Shown here piece by piece: positions 53,099-62,387 of a stretch of 64,000 nucleotides of DNA. How positions within the stretch are numbered: the first letter of the stretch is position 1; every line of letters begins with the position of its first letter. The notes under the pieces were generated by a model. The model saw only the letters and a list, made by a program, of their open reading frames with translations, ran no database searches and was not told the origin of the DNA. The stretch lies in NCBI GenBank assembly GCA_965217775.1, contig CBDCJH010000002.1, positions 4,992,001 to 5,056,000 on the forward strand. The letters run 5' to 3'. This DNA is from Acidobacteriota bacterium. Its GTDB lineage: Bacteria > Acidobacteriota > UBA6911 > RPQK01 > JAJDTT01. Both the position numbers and the translations under genes were made by a program.

Positions 53099-54358
53099 AT
53101 GCCAGACCGGACGATACGCCGTGGGGAGTTTGTGGCGCGGCATGCCGAGCGGCCGGTGCGCACGGCGCTGGCAGATACCCGCATCGTCGCGATCGTGGGG
53201 CCGCGCCAGTCCGGCAAGACGACGCTCGCTCGCCGCATAGCCGCCGCCGACGGCCGCCCCTTCATCACCCTGGATGACGGCCAGTTCAGGCGGTTTGCCC
53301 GAAATGATCCGGCCGGCTTCATGCGCGCCCAACCAGCCGCGGTGATCGATGAAATCCAGCGCGCGCCAGGTCTCATCCTGGCACTCAAGCAAGCGGTGGA
53401 TGAAGACCCGCGTCCCGGGCGCTTCCTGATCACGGGCTCGGTCGACCTTTTCCGGGGCTCGATCTCGCCTGATTCGCTCGCGGGGCGCGTCGAGACGATC
53501 GAGCTCCTACCGTTTTCGCAAGCGGAGATCGCCGGTGCCGGTCCGCCGGACTTCCTGGATCGAGCCTTTGCCGCAGATTTTCCGAACCTCGCGCTGACGG
53601 GATCGACCGGCGGCTTGACGGAACGCGTCATCAGCGGCGGTTTTCCCGAAGCTCTTTCCCGTACGGTTCCTTCCCGACGCCGGAGCTGGCTGCGGGCTTA
53701 TGCCCGCGCGCTCGCCGAACGCGATGTCTCCGACATCGCCTCCATCGCCAAGCTGAATGACCTGAGCCGCCTGATCGACCACGCGGCTGTTTCCGCGGGC
53801 CAGTTGCTCAACCTGTCGGCCCTCGGATCGCGGATTGGCGTCGACGGCAAGACGGTCGACCGCTGGCTCGCCTTGTTCGAACACATGTTTCTGGTCCGCC
53901 GTATCTTCGCATGGCATCGTAGCGGGCTGAAAAGGCTCATCAAGGCGCCGAAGCTGCACTTTCTGGATTCCGGTCTGCTGGCGGCGCTCCAGCGGGTCTC
54001 GGCGGCGACAGTGGCCAAGGACCGGCAGAAACTGGGACCGAATCTGGAAAGCTTCGTCTATGCTGAGCTCGCCAAGGCGGCCACTCTTTCCGACGAGGAA
54101 CTGACCATCAGTCATTATCGCGACAAGGATCAGGTCGAAGTCGACTTCGTGCTGGAGCGATCCCCCAGCGCAATCGTCGGGATCGAAGTCAAAGCGAGCG
54201 CGACGGTGCGCCCCAGGGACTTCAAGGGCCTGAAGCGCCTGCGAGAGGCCGTCGGCGACGGTTTCGCTTGCGGCATCATCCTTCATGACGGCGAGCGCGT
54301 TCAACAAGCCGGGTCCAAGCTTTTCGCGATGCCCGTCAAGATGCTCTGGACGAACTGA
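53099..54358 (+). CDS. AAA+ ATPase with DUF4143 / PD-(D/E)xK nuclease-like domain
   Basis: GPRQSGKT, IDEIQR, ITGS, SLAGR, GGFPE, PKLHFLDSG, EVDFV..IEVK. Confidence 0.9.
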   Translation: MPDRTIRRGEFVARHAERPVRTALADTRIVAIVGPRQSGKTTLARRIAAADGRPFITLDDGQFRRFARNDPAGFMRAQPAAVIDEIQRAPGLILALKQAVDEDPRPGRFLITGSVDLFRGSISPDSLAGRVETIELLPFSQAEIAGAGPPDFLDRAFAADFPNLALTGSTGGLTERVISGGFPEALSRTVPSRRRSWLRAYARALAERDVSDIASIAKLNDLSRLIDHAAVSAGQLLNLSALGSRIGVDGKTVDRWLALFEHMFLVRRIFAWHRSGLKRLIKAPKLHFLDSGLLAALQRVSAATVAKDRQKLGPNLESFVYAELAKAATLSDEELTISHYRDKDQVEVDFVLERSPSAIVGIEVKASATVRPRDFKGLKRLREAVGDGFACGIILHDGERVQQAGSKLFAMPVKMLWTN

Positions 54359-54415
54359 GGGCAGGAAGGATGGCCGTCTCGCGTATGATCCGGGTCGCAC
54401 GAGGAGTGGGGAGGC

Positions 54416-54694
54416 TCAATCCAGGTCCCAGAGGCGTTTCGGGTCCTCCAGTTCGTCCTTGGACCGCAGGGCTTCCCGAAACTTGTCCTCCAGACTGGAA
54501 TGCCGGCGTTTCTCATCATCCATCGCCTGACTGAAGAGTTGGTCAGCCTTGGACTTCCGCTCCGCGACCTTTTCCAAGGCCGACTCGAAGGAGTAGTCCG
54601 GTTTCTTGCTCTCGCCTCGAATCACGAGCCCGGTCTTGGCGTCGACCAGGAGCCTGCATCCACATTCGGGGCATTCCACCTTGAGTCTGGACAT
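54416..54694 (-). CDS. Small hypothetical protein with CxxC and a coiled coil
   Basis: CPECG..L.VD..TG; host-like codon usage. Confidence 0.75.
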   Translation of the reverse strand: MSRLKVECPECGCRLLVDAKTGLVIRGESKKPDYSFESALEKVAERKSKADQLFSQAMDDEKRRHSSLEDKFREALRSKDELEDPKRLWDLD

Positions 54695-54769
54695 GATTTC
54701 CCAATTCTAATACGAATCGCCCAGGGCCGCTCCGGAGGGGGGAACGGAAGGTTGCCGGACCGGCGTTCG

Positions 54770-55369
54770 TCAGGATGGAATGCGGGAGAGTTCTTCCAAC
54801 TGGCGCCGAATTCCGGGCTCGGCCATGAGTTCCGACGCGCGAAACAGGGAAAAATAGCGGTAGGAATCCAGATTCTCGGCGGCGCCCTCCTCCCGATCGA
54901 CGATGGAGATGACGGTGGCCACCCGGTAGCCTTCGGCCTCGGCCCGGACGATGGCCTTCCGGGCCGATCCTCCCGTCGTGCAGACGTCGTCGACCACCAC
55001 CACCGGAGACCCCTTGGGTCCCTGGTAGCCTTCCAGGTGGCGCCGGGTGCCGTGGCTCTTGGGCTGCTTGCGGACGATGAACGCGGAAATCGGGTCGAAC
55101 CGTTCCCGGTGGGCGAAGCTCACCGCCGCCACGGCGGCGACGATGGGGTCGGCGCCCAGGCTCAGACCGCCGATGGCGGCCGCCGAAACCTCGCGCCGCC
55201 GTAGCTCCTCCAGGATCAGCAGGGCTGAAAGGTAGGCCCCCTCGGCCTCCAGCGTGGCCTGCTTCAGGTCCAGGTAGTAGTGGCTCCGGCGGCCCGAAGC
55301 GAGCCGGAAGCGGCCCACCTTCAGGCACCGCGTCAACAGGATCTCTTTCAGGCGGTCGCGGGCGTCCAT
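54770..55369 (-). CDS. pyrE: Orotate phosphoribosyltransferase
   Basis: FRLASGRRS.YYLD, VRKQPKSHG, VDDVCTTGGS. Confidence 0.95.
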   Translation of the reverse strand: MDARDRLKEILLTRCLKVGRFRLASGRRSHYYLDLKQATLEAEGAYLSALLILEELRRREVSAAAIGGLSLGADPIVAAVAAVSFAHRERFDPISAFIVRKQPKSHGTRRHLEGYQGPKGSPVVVVDDVCTTGGSARKAIVRAEAEGYRVATVISIVDREEGAAENLDSYRYFSLFRASELMAEPGIRRQLEELSRIPS

Positions 55370-55411
55370 GGGGATTCGAGTATACATGGAGTCTGGTACC
55401 ATGACGCGCTC

Positions 55412-56731
55412 ATGGAGAAACCGGGCAAGTGGCTGTCTCGGATCGGTCCGGGCGCCATCGTGGCATCCGCCACGGTGGGCGCCGGCGAAACGGTTCTGGC
55501 CGTCCGCGCCGGCGCCTGGGGCGGTTACGATCTCCTCTGGCTGATCCTTCTGGCCATCCTGGCCAAGTCGTTCCTGACGCTTTATCTCCTGGGTCACTAT
55601 ACGGTCGCCACCGGACGCGCGGTGGCGGAGAAGCTGGTGGATCTGCCCGGTCCACGGGGATGGTTTCTCTGGGTCATCCTGGTGCTGGAGTCTCTGGTGG
55701 CTCCCTTCGTCTTCGTGGTGATCGCCGTCCCCTGCGGGCGCTTGATGAGCCAAGCGCTGGCGGGGGGAGGATTGAACGTCTCCTACAAGTGGCTGGCTCT
55801 GGCCTTCCTGAGCTTGGCCATCCTGGTCGGCCTGGTCCAACGGTACGACACTCTGGAGAAGTCGCAGGGGTTGGTCTGCCTGGTGCTCCTGGTAGGAACC
55901 GTGACCGCCACCCTTCTGGCCCGCCCCGATTTCGCGGCGATTCTCAAGGGACTGTTCAGCCTGGGGACGGTTCCCCCCTATCCGGACTGGATCCCCACTG
56001 AAATCAAGGGCAGAAGCCGCCTTTTGGAGGTGGCCGCGGTCTTCGGATACGCCGGCAGCATCCCCATGAACTACGTGGTCTACTCCAACTGGGCCCTGAT
56101 GAAGGGCTGGAGCCTGAAGGGGGTCTCGGGACGGTCTGCGAGGAAGCGCGCCCTGGCGCCTCTGAAATTCGACGTGGGGGTCACCGCCGCCGTCGTGTTC
56201 CTGGTGACGGTGGCGTTCATGGTGGGCGGAGCCGCAATTCTGAACCCTGCCCGGAGGATTCCGCAGGGATACGATCTGCTGACGGAGCAGGCTCATATCT
56301 TCGCCGAAATCTCCCCCGTAATGATTCCGCTCTACTACGTCACTATTCTCGCCGCCCTCTGGGGGACATTGAACGCGCTACCCGACATTTACGGCAGAGG
56401 CGCTCACAGCTTTCTTCGGCAGCTCATGCCCGGCGCCCGGGGTTGGTCCCTCTCCCGGGTGAGAAACCTTTACGGGCTCTCCATCCTGATCCTTTCCGGG
56501 TTCTTTATCTGGAGTGGCACGACGCCCATCATCATGGTGGACATGGTGGCGCTCTTCAGCACCAATGTCGGTGTGGGCCTGACCTGTATCGCGGCAATCT
56601 GGCTGAATCGGCAATTGCCTCCCGGCAAACGGGTCCCGGCCTGGCTCTCCGGCGCCGCCGTGGCGGGGGCCGCCGTCACCAACGTCATGGCCCTGATTTC
56701 GGCGCGCGAAGTTCTGTTGCGTTACTTTTGA
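55412..56731 (+). CDS. NRAMP-like / APC-superfamily transporter
   Basis: IGPGAIV...VGAGE, GYDLLW, many hydrophobic segments. Confidence 0.82.
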   Translation: MEKPGKWLSRIGPGAIVASATVGAGETVLAVRAGAWGGYDLLWLILLAILAKSFLTLYLLGHYTVATGRAVAEKLVDLPGPRGWFLWVILVLESLVAPFVFVVIAVPCGRLMSQALAGGGLNVSYKWLALAFLSLAILVGLVQRYDTLEKSQGLVCLVLLVGTVTATLLARPDFAAILKGLFSLGTVPPYPDWIPTEIKGRSRLLEVAAVFGYAGSIPMNYVVYSNWALMKGWSLKGVSGRSARKRALAPLKFDVGVTAAVVFLVTVAFMVGGAAILNPARRIPQGYDLLTEQAHIFAEISPVMIPLYYVTILAALWGTLNALPDIYGRGAHSFLRQLMPGARGWSLSRVRNLYGLSILILSGFFIWSGTTPIIMVDMVALFSTNVGVGLTCIAAIWLNRQLPPGKRVPAWLSGAAVAGAAVTNVMALISAREVLLRYF

Positions 56732-56794
56732 CCCGAATTTCCGGTTCGGCTCTTGCGATCGACAAAAGCGAGACCCGCAGGAGGGAGGAAGCCC

Positions 56795-58330
56795 ATGGCC
56801 GCCGACAAGCGATTCAATCCTGACGACCTGAAACAACTGCTCCAGAACAAATACGGGACCGGGGTGCGGGTCGAAGTGTTCCCCAAGTCGGATCGGGAGG
56901 AGACGGGAGAAGAGCCGAATCAGGCACAGGTGGAGCATCGTGATCTGACGTTCGACTATCGGCCGAGCCAGATCAAGGAGTATCTGGACCGCTTCGTCAT
57001 TCAGCAGGACGAAGCCAAGAAGGTTCTGGCGACGGCGATCTGCGACCACTACCACCACATCCAGAACTGCAGCGATCCGGATGAATGCCGGGAGTACAAG
57101 AAGCAGAACATCATCATCATCGGTCCCACGGGGGTGGGAAAGACCTACCTGATCCAGAACATCGCCCGTTTGATCGGAGTTCCGTTCTGCAAGGCCGACG
57201 CCACCCGGTACAGTGAAACCGGCTACGTGGGAGGCGACGTGGAGGATCTGGTCCGGGAACTGGTCCAACAGGCGAACGACGACGTGCGGCTGGCGGAGTA
57301 CGGAATCGTCTACCTGGACGAGATCGACAAGATCGCCGCACCCACGGGCCAGATTGGAAGAGACGTGAGCGGCCACGGCGTGCAGAGGGGTCTCCTGAAG
57401 CTCATGGAGGAGACGGAGGTCCCGTTGCGGTCCCCCACGGACATCGCCAGCCAGATGCAGTCCTTGATGGAGATTCAATCAGGCCGCAAGTTGGAAAAGA
57501 AGACGATCAATACCAAGCACATCCTCTTCATCGTCAGCGGGGCCTTCAACGGGCTGACCGAGATTGTCGGAAAACGCCTGGGCTCGAGGCAGATCGGCTT
57601 CATGGGCGGAGAGCAGGAGTCGGACCGGAAAGAGGAACTGCTGTTGCAGCAGGTTCGTTCCACGGACTTCGTGGAGTATGGTTTCGAGTCGGAGTTCATC
57701 GGACGCCTGCCGGTCGTGACCCACTGTCGCCGCCTCAGCGTCGACGACCTGTTTCAGATCCTCAAGAGGTCGGAGGGGTCCCTCCTCAAGCAGTACAAGA
57801 AGGACTTTCTGGCTTACGGTATCGACGCCTATTTCAAGGATGGGGCGATGCGGGCGCTTGCCGATTTGGCGGCGAGGGAAGAGACGGGCGCGCGCGGCCT
57901 GATGACCGTGTGCGAGAGGGTCTTCCGGGACTACAAATACCATCTGCCGGATCACGAGGTGACGGAACTGGTGGCGGACCGCGAGCTGGTCGAGAATCCG
58001 AAGGCGGCGCTCAACGAACTCCTGGCCAAGCCGGACCTGCATCACGAGGCGATCCTGCAGTTCCAGCTCAAACGCTTCGAGGCGGAGTTCCACCACCAGT
58101 ACGGAGTGGAAATCATGTTTACGCCGGAGGCCGTGGCACTCATCTCGGAGCGGGTGAGGGGCCCGAATGCCGATGTCCTGCAGTACTGCCGGGACCTGTT
58201 TCGGGAATACGAGCACGGCATGAAACTGCTGGCTCGCGGGCAGGCTTCCAAGCCCCTGTTCGTGGACCCTCAGGTCATGGAAGACCCCGCAGGTTCGTTG
58301 GAGCGGTGGATCCGTGAGACTTACAAGTGA
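56795..58330 (+). CDS. ClpX-like AAA+ ATPase lacking the N-terminal zinc finger, with a C-terminal extension
   Basis: GPTGVGKT, GYVGGDVE, DEIDK, RDVSG.GVQ, IGF loop, TGARGL. Confidence 0.88.
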   Translation: MAADKRFNPDDLKQLLQNKYGTGVRVEVFPKSDREETGEEPNQAQVEHRDLTFDYRPSQIKEYLDRFVIQQDEAKKVLATAICDHYHHIQNCSDPDECREYKKQNIIIIGPTGVGKTYLIQNIARLIGVPFCKADATRYSETGYVGGDVEDLVRELVQQANDDVRLAEYGIVYLDEIDKIAAPTGQIGRDVSGHGVQRGLLKLMEETEVPLRSPTDIASQMQSLMEIQSGRKLEKKTINTKHILFIVSGAFNGLTEIVGKRLGSRQIGFMGGEQESDRKEELLLQQVRSTDFVEYGFESEFIGRLPVVTHCRRLSVDDLFQILKRSEGSLLKQYKKDFLAYGIDAYFKDGAMRALADLAAREETGARGLMTVCERVFRDYKYHLPDHEVTELVADRELVENPKAALNELLAKPDLHHEAILQFQLKRFEAEFHHQYGVEIMFTPEAVALISERVRGPNADVLQYCRDLFREYEHGMKLLARGQASKPLFVDPQVMEDPAGSLERWIRETYK

Positions 58331-58345
58331 GGAAGCCGCAACGCC

Positions 58346-58948
58346 TCAATTGGAGCGGCGGCGATAGACGGCGGCGAACACGGTCCGCAAGGGAGAGACG
58401 CAATAGGTCTCGATGATCTTTTTGCCCGCCTGAGGGCGAAAGCACTTCTCAAGGTAGGGAGTGTTCACCTTGAAGGAGAGCCGCATGATGTCGGCACCCT
58501 CCCCCCTTCTCTCCACGGCGAAAGCGTCTTGCAGACTGGGCTCCAAGAGGAAGATCTGGTTGTAGCGGAGGTGTTTCAACTCGTAGGGCGTCGGCACCTT
58601 CTCGATTCCCAGGTGCCGGTAGTGGGCCATGAGGCGACGCAGAAAATCGTCGTAGTCGAAAGACTCCACTTTGTTGTTGACGCTCACTTCCACGATGAAT
58701 GCGTCGTCGATCCAGGAAGAGCGCAGTCCGTAAGTGAAGTCCAGGTCGCCTTTGTTGAATTTGATTCGGTGGCCCTTTTCGTCGTGGAAACGCTTGAGCT
58801 CCTCGGTTCCCTGTTGGTCGGGAAGGTTCGCCACCTGCTCGCTGGTGATGTAGAAGCTGGCGACGTTCTCGTACCAACTGTCGATGATATTGCCGAGGAT
58901 CCTGTCGGCAGCCTGCCAAATAGTCCCGGCCTTAGCGGTGGTCAACAT
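58346..58948 (-). CDS. Hypothetical protein
   Basis: Clean ORF of about 200 aa with host-like codon usage and TACAAT upstream; no motif recognised. Confidence 0.75.
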   Translation of the reverse strand: MLTTAKAGTIWQAADRILGNIIDSWYENVASFYITSEQVANLPDQQGTEELKRFHDEKGHRIKFNKGDLDFTYGLRSSWIDDAFIVEVSVNNKVESFDYDDFLRRLMAHYRHLGIEKVPTPYELKHLRYNQIFLLEPSLQDAFAVERRGEGADIMRLSFKVNTPYLEKCFRPQAGKKIIETYCVSPLRTVFAAVYRRRSN

Positions 58949-59027
58949 GCAGCCCACAGATTGTAAACCAGCCTCGAAATCGTGTAAATAGCTTCGATCC
59001 AGTTTTATTGACGGCGCCGGCCAGCGC

Positions 59028-60209
59028 TCACTCCTGTGCCATCTGTGGCGCCGCCGTCAGCCCGCCTCTTCCCAGATGGGGCGGAAGTTTCAACGCCAGG
59101 ACGAACCCCGGCACCGCGAAGAGGACGATGGCCGTCATGGTCAACTGAAGGCCCACCGTCTGACTCACCAATCCAACCACAGGCAGGAGCAAGCCGCCCA
59201 CGCCCCAGGCGAACCCCATGAGCAGAGCCGAGATCGTGGAGGTCGCCTCCGGCACCATCTGTTGGGCCATCACCACGTTGACCGGGGAGGTGGAGAGCAG
59301 GACGCCGCCTCCCAGAATGCACAGCACGATGGAGATTGGCCCCTGAGTCCAGAGAAAGGCCAGGAGCAACGGCAGGCTGCCGAACATGGAAAGAGCGAGG
59401 ATTCTCTTGCCCCCGAAGCGGTCGCTCAGGATGCCCCCCAGGAAACCGGCGCTGCCGCCGGCCAGCAGAAACAGGCTTAGAACCAGGGCAGCCCGCGCCG
59501 CGCCATATCCGTGCAGCGTCAGATACAAGGGGAGAAAAGCGACGAAGATGATCTGAATGGATCCTCGGATGACCACGAGCAGGTAGAGGATCAGAAGTGG
59601 CTTTCGTTGCTCCATAAGCCGCGAAAGAAGTGTTCTGTGGTGGAGAGCGGCCGTCGGGGACGGGGACGGGCCGTAAAGGATGAGGTAAAGGCTCATGGCA
59701 ACCCCCGGCAACGCGGCCCAGAGGCTGGAGCCCAGGCCCACAAGGGCAATCACGGTGGTGATATAGACCGGGCCCAGGGCGTAGCCGAGCATGCCGCCGG
59801 TGACGAAAACCGACATGTGGAAACCCTTTCTGCGGGCGGAGGACTCCGAGACAATGGACGCCGCCTGGGGGTGAAACGCCGAGATCCCGACGCCGCCCAA
59901 AATGACCATCACCAACAGCGCCCGGAAATCGGGAGCCAGGCCCAGGGCGGAGATGAAGAGCCCCGCCAGTCCGGGTCCCAACGCGGTGAAGACAGGTTTC
60001 CGCAGCCGGTCGGCCAGGTAGCCGTAAAAGGGCTGCATGAACGCGCTGGAAAAACTCAGGACGCCGCCCAGAATCCCGGCTTCGACCAGCGACAGGTCCA
60101 GTTCCTGGTGGAGGAAGGGCAGGAACGCCCCGAACATGCTGGCGTAGCAGTCGATCAGGAAGTGACCGCCGGAAAGCGAAAGAACCGGTTTCGGAACTCT
60201 GAACGACAT
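59028..60209 (-). CDS. MFS transporter (Fsr-like)
   Basis: HFLID, QPFYGYLADR, AFHPQA, GGILSDRFG. Confidence 0.9.
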   Translation of the reverse strand: MSFRVPKPVLSLSGGHFLIDCYASMFGAFLPFLHQELDLSLVEAGILGGVLSFSSAFMQPFYGYLADRLRKPVFTALGPGLAGLFISALGLAPDFRALLVMVILGGVGISAFHPQAASIVSESSARRKGFHMSVFVTGGMLGYALGPVYITTVIALVGLGSSLWAALPGVAMSLYLILYGPSPSPTAALHHRTLLSRLMEQRKPLLILYLLVVIRGSIQIIFVAFLPLYLTLHGYGAARAALVLSLFLLAGGSAGFLGGILSDRFGGKRILALSMFGSLPLLLAFLWTQGPISIVLCILGGGVLLSTSPVNVVMAQQMVPEATSTISALLMGFAWGVGGLLLPVVGLVSQTVGLQLTMTAIVLFAVPGFVLALKLPPHLGRGGLTAAPQMAQE

Positions 60210-60292
60210 GGACGCGCTATTCTCGCACAATCCGCCGGAGCGTAGGGGTGCCCCTTGTGGTTGCCCTCCTCGGCTCTTCGCTCTGCAATAAA

Positions 60293-61318
60293 ATGAAACC
60301 CGTTTTGAAGCTGGACGATTTCGACTACGAATTGCCTCGGCGTCTCATCGCCCAACGTCCCCACTCTCCCCGCGACGGCTCGCGCCTGATGGTGCTCCGC
60401 CGGGAGGCCGGCGCTTGGGAGCATGCCCGGTTCGCCGATCTCCCCGATCTCGTGTCGGAGCGGGACCTCCTGGTGTTGAACGACTCCCGAGTCCTGCCCG
60501 CCCGGCTGGCGGCCGTCAAGGAGACGGGGGGGCAAGTCGAGGTGTTGCTGCTGGATGCTCTCGAGAGTCGGGTCTGGCGGGCCCTGCTCAAGCCGGGCCG
60601 CCGGGCCCGCGCCGGCGAACTCCTCACCGTAGATCCGGAGTTGCTGTCGATTCGTGTGTTGGACGATCCCGGGTCCGCCGTCCGTCGGGTCCAACTGGAA
60701 CCCGCCGGGGATCTCCAAGAGGTCCTGGAGCGGGTGGGACGCACGCCCCTGCCTCCCTACATCCAGCGGGAGGTCGATTCCCGGGACCGCGAGGCCTACC
60801 AGACGGTGTACGCCGACAGGCCGGGATCGGCGGCGGCCCCAACGGCCGGACTCCACTTCACCGAAGCGCTCCTCTCCCGCCTGAACCATTGCAAGATCAC
60901 ATTGCACGTGGGGTACGGGACGTTCCAACCTGTCGTGGCGGATCGAGTCGAGGACCACCGGATGCACTCGGAGTACTACGAGGTCTCGGCGGAATCGGCG
61001 CGCAGGATTCGGCGCCACCGCAAGGCGGGAGGCCGGGTCATCGCGGTAGGGACCACTTCGACCCGGGTTCTGGAGCAGGTTCACCGCCGCCACGGCGAGG
61101 TGGCGAAGGGCCGGGGATGGACCGATCTTTTCATCAAGCCCGGCTTCGAATTCGGAGTTGTCGACGGCCTCATCACCAATTTTCACCTACCCCGGACGTC
61201 ACTCCTGCTGCTGGTGGCGGCGTTCGCCGGAGACCGGCTGTTGAAAGAGAGCTACGGAGAGGCCGTCGCTCGCTGTTATCGCTTCTACAGCTACGGCGAC
61301 GCCATGATCATTGTCTGA
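60293..61318 (+). CDS. queA: SAM:tRNA ribosyltransferase-isomerase
   Basis: DFDYELP, PLPPYI, AAPTAGLHF, TNFHLP, FYSYGDAM. Confidence 0.96.
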   Translation: MKPVLKLDDFDYELPRRLIAQRPHSPRDGSRLMVLRREAGAWEHARFADLPDLVSERDLLVLNDSRVLPARLAAVKETGGQVEVLLLDALESRVWRALLKPGRRARAGELLTVDPELLSIRVLDDPGSAVRRVQLEPAGDLQEVLERVGRTPLPPYIQREVDSRDREAYQTVYADRPGSAAAPTAGLHFTEALLSRLNHCKITLHVGYGTFQPVVADRVEDHRMHSEYYEVSAESARRIRRHRKAGGRVIAVGTTSTRVLEQVHRRHGEVAKGRGWTDLFIKPGFEFGVVDGLITNFHLPRTSLLLLVAAFAGDRLLKESYGEAVARCYRFYSYGDAMIIV

Positions 61319-61389
61319 GGGAGGGAAGAGTGGGGGGCAAGAATGCCCCCTCCAAGTCCATCCTCCTTGGAGGACGAAAGAGGGAGCCC

Positions 61390-62358
61390 CTACGAAATGA
61401 GGGCGAACTCCACGTCGGTGACGTTCTTCAGGGCCTCTTCCATGTAGGCCTTGATCTTCTTGGTCAATGAGATCTGGTTGAGGCGGATCGCCTCTCGACT
61501 CACACCGAAGCGCGTCCCGAGCTGTTGCAGGGTCTTGGGCTCCTCGGCGATGAGGCGCTCCTTCAGGATGGCCCGTTCCCGTTCGTTCAGCGTTTCGGCG
61601 AACTCGCGAAACTTGTGGGCGAAAAGCCGTTTCAACTCGCCCCGGGCCAGTGTCTCGTCAACCAGATCCCCGGTGGCCTTGAGCATGTCCACGTGCCGGA
61701 TGGTCCGGTTGGGATCGATATAGTTGTCCAGGCTCAGGTCAGAGGACTCGATGGCATGCTCCACTGCCCGGACCTCCTTGACGGGCACATCGAGTTTCTT
61801 GGCGATCAGCGACGTCGTGGGCTCGATCCCCTGAAGCCGCAACCGCTCCTTCTCTTTGCGCAGGTTGAAGAGAAGCCTCCGCCGCTGGTTGGTGGTGCCG
61901 ATCCGGACGATCCGGAAATTGTCCGTGATGAACTTGATGATGTAGGCCTTGATCCACCAGGAGGCGTAGGTGGGCAGGCGGGTTCCCTTGCCGGGGTCGA
62001 ATCGGGCCAGAGCTTGGATCAGGCCGATGTTCCCTTCCTGGATCAGGTCCATGACGCTGTTGTAGACGCGCCGGTAGATGAGGGCGATCTTGACCACCAG
62101 CTTCAGGTTGGAGGTGACCAGGCGATAGGCGGCCTCCTGATCGCCTTCCTGCTGATACCGCCGGATCAACGACCGCTCTTCTTCCGCCGTCAGCGGTTCG
62201 AACTGGCTGATCTCCAGAAGGTAGCGCCGGAGAGGGTCCAGGTTGACCAGCTTGGCTTCTTCCGGGGAGGGCAGCTTGCTGGTCTTCTCGCCCAGAATGG
62301 CCTCGAGGCGTTCGGACTCGGGGGCTGACCCGGCCGGCCCCGGAGGCTGGGAAACCAT
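61390..62358 (-). CDS. RpoH/sigma32-like sigma factor
   Basis: LVTSNLKLVVKIA, DLIQEGNIGL, YASWWIKA, RpoH-box-like QRRRLLFNLRK. Confidence 0.88.
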   Translation of the reverse strand: MVSQPPGPAGSAPESERLEAILGEKTSKLPSPEEAKLVNLDPLRRYLLEISQFEPLTAEEERSLIRRYQQEGDQEAAYRLVTSNLKLVVKIALIYRRVYNSVMDLIQEGNIGLIQALARFDPGKGTRLPTYASWWIKAYIIKFITDNFRIVRIGTTNQRRRLLFNLRKEKERLRLQGIEPTTSLIAKKLDVPVKEVRAVEHAIESSDLSLDNYIDPNRTIRHVDMLKATGDLVDETLARGELKRLFAHKFREFAETLNERERAILKERLIAEEPKTLQQLGTRFGVSREAIRLNQISLTKKIKAYMEEALKNVTDVEFALIS

Positions 62359-62387
62359 GGCCGCATCTTAGCAGATAGAGAAACGGG

